A DNA stretch of 63,785 bases, the filler included, from Octopus bimaculoides (lineage: Eukaryota), in NCBI RefSeq assembly GCF_001194135.2. It is 8 parts of 8 records of this genome, joined end to end, with 100 filler letters (N's around TTAATTAATTAA, not from the genome) between each part and the next. Parts side by side here need not be neighbours in the genome. Positions count along the whole stretch, not along the records: positions 1 to 20,903 come from NC_068982.1; positions 21,004 to 43,218 come from NC_068999.1; 6 more parts are not named here. One strand, 5' to 3'. The notes beneath the pieces were generated by a model that was not told the DNA's origin, did not search any database, and saw nothing but the letters and a program-made list of their open reading frames with translations. The translations under genes were made by a program, and so were the position numbers. Positions 13,255 to 26,012 of this stretch are shown one piece after another; positions within the stretch are counted from its first letter, which is position 1, and each line of letters begins with the position of its first letter.

Positions 13255-13735
13255 GTTGAAGATATGTGGAAAACATGTAAAAGGTGGATGAGAAATGCCT
13301 TCGTTTCACATAGTTTAATATCATTTTATAAAGAAAGTTTTTAATATATATATACATATTTTATGGATGTCCAACCGGTTTTCGCTATCGAGGGACATCG
13401 GGAAGTAATCATTTCTTGTGACAAAGGATTCTTGCCATTTTGGATACTTGAAAAGTAAGAATGAGTTTAGAGAGTGAACAAAGAGAGGAAACAGTTGGCA
13501 CGGGAGAGACTAACTCCTCAGTATAACTGTTGAAGTAGGAATGTATAAGAATCAAGTAGTCAAGTTTGTATATTAAGGTGCGACAAAAGTACAGACTACG
13601 CTTTAATATACAAACTTGACCACCTGATCCTTACACGACATCCATAAAATATGTGTATATATAAAAAGATACTAAACTATGAAATGAAGGGATTTCTCTT
13701 CCACTTTTTCTATATGTTTTCCACATATTTTCAAC
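13255..13735. repeat. Inverted repeat (13255-13371 / 13637-13735) with a nested perfect 18-bp hairpin (13559-13576 / 13603-13620)
   Basis: CATATTTTATGGATGTC vs GACATCCATAAAATATG; GTCAAGTTTGTATATTAA vs TTAATATACAAACTTGAC. Confidence 0.8.
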
Positions 13736-14003
13736 CCTATATATATATATGTGAAAGATTAAAATTAAGGTCAGGCTGTAATGCCAGTCTAGAAACCGGT
13801 CCAATCGCCTATATTATTGATTCCGTTATTGTCATTTTTATTTGTTACACTAGATAATGATAGAGTCAATGATTTCTTCGCAATTTTTTTTTCTCCTGAA
13901 TTTTCTCTGTATTGAAATATATATATATTAAGAAAAAGGCGGTAGTCAGAATTTTGGATTATACTTTGTTAGCACTTTTGTTTCATACATAGAGACTTCT
14001 CCG

Positions 14004-14493
14004 ATATATGTTTTACAGAAAATTCTTTTGATTTTATATACAAATCTGGGAGGACATATGTCTTTGTTTTGCTTTGCTATCTATATGTGTGTTTACATAG
14101 AAAAACAGAAAAAGCGAAAACAGGAAAAAGAGAGGTAGTCAGAAAGGAGGATAGAAAAGAGTAAGCACGTTTAGATACAATGAAGGCAAGACAATTATTC
14201 TATGAATCTTACCAAAACCGCATAGCTATGTTTATTTTATAAAAGATGAGGAGGGGGAGCTAAATGACAATACTGATGTCCATACAGGGGACGACGGAGT
14301 TACTAGGTCTGTAATAATTTAGCAATTGATTGCCTTTCTTTCTGTCTTCCTCTCTTTTTTCTCCTCTTTTTTCGCTCTTTTTTCTTTTCCACTTTTTCTA
14401 TATAAACACGCATAAAGATAACAAAGCAAAAGAAAAACACATCCTCTTCCTGATTTGTATAAAAATCAAAGATATTTTCTGTAAAAACTATAT
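14004..14493. repeat. Inverted repeat (14004-14147 / 14333-14493); the spacer is homologous to 15995-16150
   Basis: TTTTACAGAAAAT..TTTGATTTT..TACAAATC vs GATTTGTATAAAAATCAAAGATATTTTCTGTAAAA; spacer TGAAGGCAA.ACAATTATTCTA...GATGAGGAGG. Confidence 0.75.
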
Positions 14494-14590
14494 TTGAGGC
14501 GTCTCCATGAATGAGCCGAAAACGCTAATATAGACTACCTCGTTTTTGCTCAATATATAAAATCTATGTATCATTTCAAACAATCTACAA

Positions 14591-14656
<66 letters not shown>

Positions 14657-15204
14657 NNNNNNNNNNNNNNNNNNNNNNNNNNNNNNNNNNNNNNNNNNNN
14701 NNNNNNNNNNNNNNNNNNNNNNNNNNNNNNNNNNNNNNNNNNNNNNNNNNNNNNNNNNNNNNNNNNNNNNNNNNNNNNNNNNNNNNNNNNNNNNNNNNNN
14801 NNNNNNNNNNNNNNNNNNNNNNNNNNNNNNNNNNNNNNNNNNNNNNNNNNNNNNNNNNNNNNNNNNNNNNNNNNNNNNNNNNNNNNNNNNNNNNNNNNNN
14901 NNNNNNNNNNNNNNNNNNNNNNNNNNNNNNNNNNNNNNNNNNNNNNNNNNNNNNNNNNNNNNNNNNNNNNNNNNNNNNNNNNNNNNNNNNNNNNNNNNNN
15001 NNNNNNNNNNNNNNNNNNNNNNNNNNNNNNNNNNNNNNNNNNNNNNNNNNNNNNNNNNNNNNNNNNNNNNNNNNNNNNNNNNNNNNNNNNNNNNNNNNNN
15101 NNNNNNNNNNNNNNNNNNNNNNNNNNNNNNNNNNNNNNNNNNNNNNNNNNNNNNNNNNNNNNNNNNNNNGGGGGGGGTGTATGTGTTTGTGTGTGTATAT
15201 GCTG

Positions 15205-15420
15205 TGTGTGCGTGCGTCTGACCTCTATTTTGTGCCCCACTAACACTTGACAACCGGTGTTGGTGTGTTTACGTCCCCGCTATTAGCGGTTCGGCAAAAG
15301 GGTCTGAAAAATAAGTGCCACGCTTAGAAAATTAAGTACTGGCGTTGAGTTGCTCGACTAAACACTTCAAAGTAGTGCCCCTGCATAACTACAGTTCAAT
15401 AGCTGAAACAAGTATAAAGA
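15205..15420 (+). mobile_element. SINE family A, 3' half
   Basis: ACTTGACAACCGGTGTTGGTGTGTTTACGTCCCC...CGACTAAA...GCTGAAACAAGTA. Confidence 0.75.
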
Positions 15421-16427
15421 TATACATGTATGTGCGTGTGTGTGCGTATGTATGTATGTGTGCGTGTGTCTTTGTGTGTGTGCATGGATTCACAACGGTA
15501 GTGCACCAGCATGAACGCAGCTTTCAAGCTAAAATTAGTTCAAGAGTTATATATGTGTGTATGTGTGTGTGTATGTATATACTTATATACATATACACAC
15601 TTATATATACATATAGAAGTATGCATGTATATATAAATTCTCTTACACACAGACACATATACACGTATATATTAATATACAAGCACATAATTATATATGC
15701 GTGTGTATATGTGTGTGTGTTTGTATATGTATACGAATAGATACATACATATATAGAGTGTGAGAAAATGAGAGAGAGAAGATGATTTACATGTACATAC
15801 ACACGCACACCCACACCCACACCCACACCCACACACACATATATACACATACACATACACAGATATATGTGCGTATGTACGTATGTGTGTGGAGAAAGGG
15901 CGCTAAATCACCGCGTGTAGAATGCAAGAAAATTACCGATGGTCGTCTTTGGGAATGGAAAGTAAATAAATTAAAAAAGTTAAAAACATTTTGATGCATT
16001 GAAGGCAAAACAATTATTCTAGGAATTTTCCAAAACCGCTTAGTTGTGTTGATATTATAAAAGATGAGGAGGTGGATCTAAATAACAATAAGAATGTCCA
16101 TATAGGAGACGACAGAGTAACTAGTTCTATAACTATTTACCAAATGAATGTTTTATTTTGACATCCATCCTTTAAGTGTGTTCGATTTACATAAAGATTG
16201 AATTATATCTTTACACAAACTACTATACGAACAATAAATATACTTCTCAAGTTGAAAATAGATGACTGTCAAAAGTTGTTTAAAATGTCTGTTTCTTAGA
16301 GTTATACAATTTATATCTTTTTACATATTGTGATATTCTGTGAGTCATATAACTGACTGGTAATTTTATTACGAGAAATAAAATGTGAAATTATTAGATA
16401 TACACATGAACATAGTGTATATCAAGG

Positions 16428-16620
16428 TACATGGCCTAGTGGTTAAGGTATTGCACTCACGATGAAGAAATCGTGGGTCTAATTCCTGTACCGGGTGATG
16501 CCGTTGTGTTCTTAAGCAAAGCACTTCATTTCAAGTTGCTCTGCGATCATTTCGACACTTGGCGAGTGGTACACCATACACCAGTTCAGTTAACAACGAT
16601 TTGATGAGGAGATTGAGCTA
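16428..16620 (+). mobile_element. tRNA-headed SINE, family C (degenerate)
   Basis: A box TGGCCTAGTGGTTAAGG, decayed B box GGGTCTAATTCC, followed by TTGTGTTCTTAAGCAAAGCACTTCATTTCA. Confidence 0.55.
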
Positions 16621-18767
16621 ATATACAGCATATATATTTGATGGGTATAAACAAAACATTTGTGCAGTTTCTTCAGCAATTATGCTATGTTATATGTGCA
16701 TTGATGTATGTATATATGTGGGCGTAAAAACCAATACACAATTATAAGAATGCATATTTTATCTCTCCGAATATTTAAGAAGATGGCTTCGCAACGACGA
16801 GCTCTCAGGTTCGATCTGTGGCACATTTGGGGGAAATGTCATTTTTCATAGCCACGGTTCGATCCTTAGTTGCTGAATGAAATTGGGCCAACGAAAACTG
16901 AACGAAAGCGCGTGAAATAGATTGCAGGTGTCATTCAAAATATGCATACTTGCCACACATTTTGTCACGCTGATTCTATACAAGAATTGCCTTAAGGTTA
17001 GAGCTTTTCGTTTCAAAACTCAGCCACTTAGATGTTAATTAATAACTAGATAAGTTAGTTGAATGTGCAACTGAAAATTGTTTACTGAACGACGGAGATT
17101 CACCGCCATTCCGTCTCCACCCTGCACACACAGATACAGACGCAGACACACACACACACACAACACACACACACACACACACACANNNNNNNNNNNNNNN
17201 NNNNNNNNNNNNNNNNNNNNNNNNNNNNNNNNNNNNNNNNNNNNNNNNNNNNNNNNNNNNNNNNNNNNNNNNNNNNNNNNNNNNNNNNNNNNNNNNNNNN
17301 NNNNNNNNNNNNNNNNNNNNNNNNNNNNNNNNNNNNNNNNNNNNNNNNNNNNNNNNNNNNNNNNNNNNNNNNNNNNNNNNNNNNNNNNNNNNNNNNNNNN
17401 NNNNNNNNNNNNNNNNNNNNNNNNNNNNNNNNNNNNNNNNNNNNNNNNNNNNNNNNNNNNNNNNNNNNNNNNNNNNNNNNNNNNNNNNNNNNNNNNNNNN
17501 NNNNNNNNNNNNNNNNNNNNNNNNNNNNNNNNNNNNNNNNNNNNNNNNNNNNNNNNNNNNNNNNNNNNNNNNNNNNNNNNNNNNNNNNNNNNNNNNNNNN
17601 NNNNNNNNNNNNNNNNNNNNNNNNNNNNNNNNNNNNNNNNNNNNNNNNNNNNNNNNNNNNNNNNNNNNNNNNNNNNNNNNNNNNNNNNNNNNNNNNNNNN
17701 NNNNNNNNNNNNNNNNNNNNNNNNNNNNNNNNNNNNNNNNNNNNNNNNNNNNNNNNNNNNNNNNNNNNNNNNNNNNNNNNNNNNNNNNNNNNNNNNNNNN
17801 NNNNNNNNNNNNNNNNNNNNNNNNNNNNNNNNNNNNNNNNNNNNNNNNNNNNNNNNNNNNNNNNNNNNNNNNNNNNNNNNNNNNNNNNNNNNNNNNNNNN
17901 NNNNNNNNNNNNNNNNNNNNNNNNNNNNNNNNNNNNNNNNNNNNNNNNNNNNNNNNNNNNNNNNNNNNNNNNNNNNNNNNNNNNNNNNNNNNNNNNNNNN
18001 NNNGACTAAGTAGATATATCATTATATATTTCTGTATGTATGCATATAAATGCCTGCTCCTCGGTCTTTCCATTTTTATTACTTTTTAATCGATTTTGGG
18101 TCTGGAACTTTGTCGTTAAACTAAAAATAAAAATACCACTCATCTTATTTATAACTCTTTATAAGGTAGAACGTGACGGTATAAGCCTCTTCCCCGATCC
18201 ACTTCTCCCTTCCGTAATTCTCCATCCAGTATAATCCACTCCCCGATCCAGGGTTCTAACGGTTTCCTCATTAAAAACTACATCCTAGCAATGACCGAAT
18301 TTTAGTCGGGAGATGCAAAAAGGTACTTTTGACTTGGTATTGACATGTCCAAAACGTTTACTTCTTACATGTATTCATCTGATGAAGACGTTTTTTTTTT
18401 CATGATGTAACACTTCTATTCATCAATAAAAAGCATCAATAAAAAATGAAACAAATGTAGCGAACCACAATCCATTTGTTGTTATTTGCTTATCATTCAC
18501 CTAACTCGGAACTTGCGATTCACTTGGATCTGAAGTCTTTTAAGAGCAGTACAATGGGTGCACTGTTTGTACCCATCTGTGATCCTGAGGACTCGCTGTA
18601 CATTCAGTCGGCCATTTATGATTGTTCGCATAACAGGAGTACAAATCCATGTTTACCTTAGTAAGTACGTATTTGTCTTCAAACATTGTTTCACACGATA
18701 GCGATATCACCGATCAGACCTTGGCACATTACTAAGTAATTTATTCAATTCAATCCTGAAATTTATA

Positions 18768-20260
18768 TGTCAAGCAAACTGAATGAGGGAATAATATGCC
18801 CAGTCCATAAAGGAGGAAGCAGAGCAGATGCCAAAAACTAAAGGCTTATCACTTTGACTTCGCACATTAGTAACGTCATGGAACGGATAGTCAGAGGGAA
18901 ACTACTTGCATTCCTTGAAGAAGACAACTTGCTGACTGATACCCAACATTGCCTTCGACCAGGTAGGAGCTGCCTGACTCAGCTCTTACAGCACTATGTT
19001 GAGGCAGTTACTCAACAACTAAAATGTGGACGTAATATACCTTGACTTTACAAAAGCTTTTGACAAAGGGGGTCATGGTATGATATGCCACAAACTGCAT
19101 GATCTAGGAATAGCTGGAAAACTTGGAGAGTGATTACATGACTTCCTGAAAGAAAGAAGTCAGACAGTAGTGGCCAATGGAGCCACCTCAAAGAAAACAA
19201 AAATAGTGAGCCGTTTTCCACAGGGCACTGTCTTAGGACCACTGCTTTTCATTGTGGCCCTCTCAGATATGCCCTTAGCTGCCCGGATAGCCACCCTTGC
19301 TAGCTACGCACATGATACAAAAATCTCGCAGAAAATGCGGAACACCAGCGATGTTGCACACCTGCAGCAGGAGTTGGACTCAATTTACAGATGGGCTGAG
19401 GATAATAATATGCAGTTTAATGCTGAAAAATTCCAAGCCCTGCGCTACCATCATCCAAAATTGAATATAAAATTTTACAGGATACACCGGTCCACAGGTG
19501 ATTGCAATCCCAGAGCCTAAATCAGTAAGGTACCTGGGTATTGACATGAGTGATGATACCACTTTCCAAGTGCACATTACCAGGATGGCGACGAAGTGCA
19601 GACGACTGACTGGGTGGATCCTGAGAACGTTCAGGACCAGAGAGAAGGAAACCATGATGGTCCTCTGGGGGACATTCATCATCAGCCACGTGGACTGCTG
19701 TTCCCAGCTATGGTCAACCAACAGTGTAAAATTAACAGCAGACCTTGAAGCAATCCAGTGAAACTTTACGAAGAGGATTGACTCGCTGCAACAGCTCAGC
19801 TATTGGGTAAAGCTGAAACAGCTAAGACTCTACTCCTTGGAGCGAAGGCGGGAGAGGTATGCAGTAATATACATCTGGAAGATCCTGAAAGGAATTGTGC
19901 CAAAGTTTGGTATTGAAAGGTACACCAATGCCCGAACGAGTCGACATGCATAGTGTTAAAGATCACAGTAATGCCATCGCGCTTCAGGACCAGTTATTGC
20001 AACAGCCTGGGTTTCAGGGGCCCACAGCTTTTTAATATTCTACTAAAGAGTACGAGGGACTCACAGAATGTGGATGTAGGTGTTTTTAAATCAAAACTGG
20101 ATCTCTTCTTGTCAAGAGTCCTATATGAACCTACGGCAAGAGGTGCAAATGATGATAGCGACATCAAACTCCCTTATTCACCAAATGCTGCATATAAGAG
20201 AAGGCTCTTAATAATACCAGTGTAGTGCCCCAGCATGGCCGCAGCTCTGAGCTGAAACTA
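18768..20260 (+). pseudogene. 5'-truncated CR1/L2-group LINE reverse transcriptase with 3' tail
   Basis: TLTSHISNVMER, QHCLRPGRSCLTQL, YLDFTKAFDK, FPQGTVLGPLLF, SYAHDTK (YADD), KSVRYLGI, FRGPQLFN; stops and frameshifts present. Confidence 0.9.
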
Positions 20261-21003
20261 CAATATATATATATATATATATGTGTGCGTGTACACACAC
20301 AAATATATGAATTTATACACACACACACACACATATATAATATATATATAGTTGAAGTTTATAAAAAACAAAAGACGAAGACAGGTGTGTAAACAACAAA
20401 CAGGTGTATTAGATTAACGCCCAGGAAGGTTATGTATTAAAATTAAAATAAAGGTGTTGAACGATTACAACGCCAGTCTGGTAGAAATAGACACCCAAAT
20501 GGTCTATGAACCACTTAGATTATTACTCCACTACAAAAGGTTCTAAGCGAGGAAAATAGACAGCGTATAATGTCCTGTACCCAGATATGCACCTATACAT
20601 ACAAGTGGATGTCGGTATGCACATACCTGTACGTATATATGCATATACTCATTTACTATTTGTTTTTACATGACTGAACGCAGCGGCTCCAATTGTAAGT
20701 AGTTTTCGTAAACTTATATCTTCCGACGCTACTCTATCTCTTTCTCTTTCTCTTCCACTATCTTTTTCCCCCTCGCGTTCTTCCTCTTTACTACTACGTA
20801 TCTCGCTTTACCCCTCTCGTTCTTCCTCTGTTACTACTACGTATCTCTTTTCCCCCTCGTACTTTCTCTCTTTCTCTTTTCCTCTCGTTCCTCACCTATT
20901 TTTNNNNNNNNNNNNNNNNNNNNNNNNNNNNNNNNNNNNNNNNNNNNTTAATTAATTAANNNNNNNNNNNNNNNNNNNNNNNNNNNNNNNNNNNNNNNNN
21001 NNN

Positions 21004-21048
<45 letters not shown>

Positions 21049-21467
21049 TATGTGTGTGCGTGTTTGTGAGTGTGTGTGTGTGTGCAGTCATGTGCCGTTA
21101 CCCCACATACACAGACAAACACAGATACCCAAACACATACACACACCACACGTTCAGCTTCTTATTTTGCCGAATACCGAAATCTATTAAAACATCTGAA
21201 TTTTTTTTCTTCTTTTTATAAACAAACTGCTTTTAACAAACTTCTCATAGAATGCGACAGACGAGTAAAATAGCGTAAGGGTAGGGTGGGGCGAGAAACG
21301 CGTCCTAAGAAAGCAAAGCAAAACGAAAAATGAAACAAAAACAAAAAAATGCTAACAAAACATTATTGCATTTGAAAAGAAAGAAAAAGAATTTAAGTAA
21401 AAGGAATAATAAACGTGTAAACACACAGGCGCTAACACAAACACACACATATATCCATACATACACA

Positions 21468-21544
<77 letters not shown>

Positions 21545-21997
21545 NNNNNNNNNNNNNNNNNNNNNNNNNNNNNNNNNNNNNNNNNNNNNNNNNNNNNNNN
21601 NNNNNNNNNNNNNNNNNNNNNNNNNNNNNNNNNNNNNNNNNNNNNNNNNNNNNNNNNNNNNNNNNNNNNNNNNNNNNNNNNNNNNNNNNNNNNNNNNNNN
21701 NNNNNNNNNNNNNNNNNNNNNNNNNNNNNNNNNNNNNNNNNNNNNNNNNNNNNNNNNNNNNNNNNNNNNNNNNNNNNNNNNNNNNNNNNNNNNNNNNNNN
21801 NNNNNNNNNNNNNNNNNNNNNNNNNNNNNNNNNNNNNNNNNNNNNNNNNNNNNNNNNNNNNNNNNNNNNNNNNNNNNNNNNNNNNNNNNNNNNNNNNNNN
21901 NNNNNNNNNNNNNNNNNNNNNNNNNNNNNNNNNNNNNNNNNNNNNNNNNNNNNNNNNNNNNNNNNNNNNNNNNNNNNNNNNNNNNNNNNNNNNNNNN

Positions 21998-22081
<84 letters not shown>

Positions 22082-22576
22082 CATATGTACATATATATGT
22101 ATAAATAAGTAATCATACATGTATTTACACACACATACACATACACATGCACGCGCACATACACACACTTTTAATTAGGTATGTATAAATATATGCATGA
22201 CGTTACTTTTCGCTATATTTAATTAGTTCTCATAATTATATTTTATTTGTGTTTTGGCAGAGTTTTAAAAAGAAAGTTTCTTTTTGCCGTTTGTTACACA
22301 TCGTAACTTCCATTTTTTTTCTCTCTCCCTGTATCCCAACTCGTCCTTTCTCAGACTTTCTCTCAGACTCTATCATCGCTTCTCTCGCTCTCTTTTTCCT
22401 CTCTGGCTATCTCTGTCTCATAGTTTCGCATACATACGCACTGTCTCTGAATCACTTGGTTAACGAAATATATTTAACACCGCAAATGGAAACGCTAATA
22501 CGCACACATAAACATGCGTACGATGCTCCGCTTACTCACATATGCATGACTATATGTACATTCACACCTCACAAAT

Positions 22577-22623
<47 letters not shown>

Positions 22624-22853
22624 CACGCGCGTAGTGTGTGTATGTTTGTGTATTTTTGTTTGTCTATATACACATACATACATCCATACATTGATATATG
22701 CATGCATTCACACACACGTACATACATATATTTATATATGAATGTATAGATATATAATACATTCTTTTATTCTTTTACTGTTTTACACGTTTCAGCCCTC
22801 AGATATACATACATACGTAAATATATATACACGCACACACACGCATATATATG

Positions 22854-22889
<36 letters not shown>

Positions 22890-22953
22890 GCAGGAGTGGC
22901 AACAAAAGAAAAAAAGAGACCTCGATATTATGCAAATAGAGGAACGTATGTAA

Positions 22954-23189
22954 AAATATGTGACACTTATTCAGTAGCCATGATAAAACTCCGAGTTTCC
23001 GATGCCTTGGCGGTGTTCCGCTCCGACCATCTCTTCAGTTATCCAGCTACCGGAGATTCTGTTTGATTCTATTTTTTCAAATAGAATCTCCGGTAGCTGG
23101 ATAACTGAAGAGATGGTCGGAGCGGAACACCGCCCGGGCATCGGAAACTCGGGGTTTTGTCATGGCTACTGAATAAGTGTCACATATTT
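22954..23189. repeat. Near-perfect foldback: 113-bp arms (108/113 complementary) and a 10-nt loop
   Basis: Base-by-base comparison of 22954-23066 with the reverse complement of 23077-23189. Confidence 0.95.
23100..23161 (+). ncRNA. Type I hammerhead-ribozyme-like motif (mirror copy on the - strand at 22982-23043)
   Basis: Stem I GATAA/TTGTC, CTGAAGA core, stem II GATG/CATC with inner GCGG-AACA-CCGC hairpin, G-GAAA, palindromic stem III ACTC-G-GGGT. Deviations: an extra G before GAAA and a GUU triplet. Confidence 0.55.
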
Positions 23190-24195
23190 CTACACACACA
23201 CACACACANNNNNNNNNNNNNNNNNNNNNNNNNNNNNNNNNNNNNNNNNNNNNNNNNNNNNNNNNNNNNNNNNNNNNNNNNNNNNNNNNNNNNNNNNNNN
23301 NNNNNNNNNNNNNNNNNNNNNNNNNNNNNNNNNNNNNNNNNNNNNNNNNNNNNNNNNNNNNNNNNNNNNNNNNNNNNNNNNNNNNNNNNNNNNNNNNNNN
23401 NNNNNNNNNNNNNNNNNNNNNNNNNNNNNNNNNNNNNNNNNNNNNNNNNNNNNNNNNNNNNNNNNNNNNNNNNNNNNNNNNNNNNNNNNNNNNNNNNNNN
23501 NNNNNNNNNNNNNNNNNNNNNNNNNNNNNNNNNNNNNNNNNNNNNNNNNNNNNNNNNNNNNNNNNNNNNNNNNNNNNNNNNNNNNNNNNNNNNNNNNNNN
23601 NNNNNNNNNNNNNNNNNNNNNNNNNNNNNNNNNNNNNNNNNNNNNNNNNNNNNNNNNNNNNNNNNNNNNNNNNNNNNNNNNNNNNNNNNNNNNNNNNNNN
23701 NNNNNNNNNNNNNNNNNNNNNNNNNNNNNNNNNNNNNNNNNNNNNNNNNNNNNNNNNNNNNNNNNNNNNNNNNNNNNNNNNNNNNNNNNNNNNNNNNNNN
23801 NNNNNNNNNNNNNNNNNNNNNNNNNNNNNNNNNNNNNNNNNNNNNNNNNNNNNNNNNNNNNNNNNNNNNNNNNNNNNNNNNNNNNNNNNNNNNNNNNNNN
23901 NNNNNNNNNNNNNNNNNNNNNNNNNNNNNNNNNNNNNNNNNNNNNNNNNNNNNNNNNNNNNNNNNNNNNNNNNNNNNNNNNNNNNNNNNNNNNNNNNNNN
24001 NNNNNNNNNNNNNNNNNNNNNNNNNNNNNNNNNNNNNNNNNNNNNNNNNNNNNNNNNNNNNNNNNNNNNNNNNNNNNNNNNNNNNNNNNNNNNNNNNNNN
24101 NNNNNNNNNNNNNNNNNNNNNNNNNNNNNNNNNNNNNNNNNNNNNNNNNNNNNNNNNNNNNNNNNNNNNNNNNNNNNNNNNNNNNNNNNNNNNNN

Positions 24196-24230
<35 letters not shown>

Positions 24231-24529
24231 GGGGTGAGAGGTTCAAGCTAATAAATATTTAAAGAACACAACCTGGAAAAAAAAAAAACGCTTGCCCTAA
24301 TTCTCATAACTGTTGTAGAGACGTTGGGAACTTTAAACTAATTAATATCTTCGTTAAGATAAACAGAGATGAATATAAAAAGGCATGAGAAGCTGCGTTT
24401 TTGAAGCTTCAGAAGGCAGCCTAAGACGCTGTGTACATCGCAGCAAAAGTCATACGCCATGTTTGAACCATATGTCATTCCCTGTGCAGGCAGAGCAACG
24501 TCATCATGTTGTGGCCGATATACTTTTTC

Positions 24530-24749
24530 TGGCCGCAAGCGTGACAATGTGGTTAGAAGTTAGCTTGCCAACAACATGGCTGCAGGTTCCGCCCCGCCGT
24601 TTCTGACTTTGGAGAAGAGCCTTGTTCTATAGCTCCGGCAGTTAAAGGGTGTGCAGCTTGCACCGAAAACCAGCTGGTGGAGAATCCACCTGGGGTTAAA
24701 CTAGTTGTAACATTCATCTGTTACTTTGATGTGGCTACTCACTTTACTG

Positions 24750-24788
<39 letters not shown>

Positions 24789-25020
24789 TTATATGTATGC
24801 GTTTGTGTGTGTCTTTGTGTCTGTGTTTGTCCCCCTTCACCACTTCATAACCAGTGTTGATGTATTTACGTCAGCGTTACTTAATGGTTCGGCAAAAGAG
24901 ACGAAAGAATAAGTACCAGACTTTTAAGAATTAGCATTGGGGTCGGTTCATTCGACTAAAATTTCTACAAGTCGGTGACCCAGCATGGGCGCAGCCTAAT
25001 GACTGTAAGAAGTAAAAGAT
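24530..25020 (+). mobile_element. Degenerate SINE family A
   Basis: Decayed head, internal (TA)n(TG)n and a recognisable 3' half ending GCATGGGCGCAGCCTAATGACTG. Confidence 0.65.
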
Positions 25021-25030
25021 AAACGATGAA

Positions 25031-25077
<47 letters not shown>

Positions 25078-25087
25078 GGATGATGAT

Positions 25088-25127
<40 letters not shown>

Positions 25128-25131
25128 TCTA

Positions 25132-25162
<31 letters not shown>

Positions 25163-25174
25163 ACTTTCTTTTTG

Positions 25175-25214
<40 letters not shown>

Positions 25215-25945
25215 TACACACGTTTCTCACCAATGCTCTTTCTATCCATCCCGTTCCAGCCTTATATTCCTTCAGCTCTTATTTCTGTTTCAGATTTCAT
25301 TTTTTCCAAACCACTTTCTCACCTTGTTGCTTCCCACTTATACGCTTTTTCTTTTTATTCTTTATACACAAGTTTTTTACGTTATCATCTATAAATTTAT
25401 TTTCATTTTTACTTTTCCCTTTTTCTTTCAATTACTCACCACCCATCGTCTCGTTACATACCGCTGGAAATTGACCCTTCGATAGCTTAAACGGTGAACT
25501 CTCAACGGCAGACATTCTCATCATGCATCCAGCCTGATATTTACGCTTAAGTTGTACCTTCCCTCTGCTCTACCTTGGCTGCTTTGCACAAAGGTCATTA
25601 ACATTGCCCATCTCGCTCAAACGAAGCTGTAAACAAAATTTTATCTGGCTTAGTTACAATATATTTCGTTCTGTCCAATAAATCTCACCGTTTTCTCTCT
25701 CTTCTCTCTTTCTCTCTCTCTTTTCTACTTTGTCTTGAAGCGCATGGTTCTCCGCATATGCTCATCCCATGTATATTCATATGGAAATATATAATGTGAG
25801 ATTTAACGAAGTGAAGCATTTCAGCTGATTAACTTTGAATAAATACTCACAGTGTACAAGATATGTAGTGCTTACTACGCACACACACACACACACATAT
25901 ACACAGAGGCTCACGCAAGTACACATACATACATACATACATACA

Positions 25946-25977
<32 letters not shown>

Positions 25978-25978
25978 C

Positions 25979-26012
<34 letters not shown>

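Noticed and set aside
18476-18661. 61-aa ORF ending near a GTAAGT donor
   Set aside because: No clear acceptor, no homology recognised and no partner exons.
20948-20959. TTAATTAATTAA inside N runs (also at 43263, 52165, 54268, 56773, 59536, 62182)
   Set aside because: An identical 12-mer with stops in all six frames, flanked by 44 N on each side where counted (100 bp total). This is an artificial scaffolding linker, not biology.
24330-24530. Possible RTE ORF relic
   Set aside because: Similarity is too weak and interrupted by stops to call.
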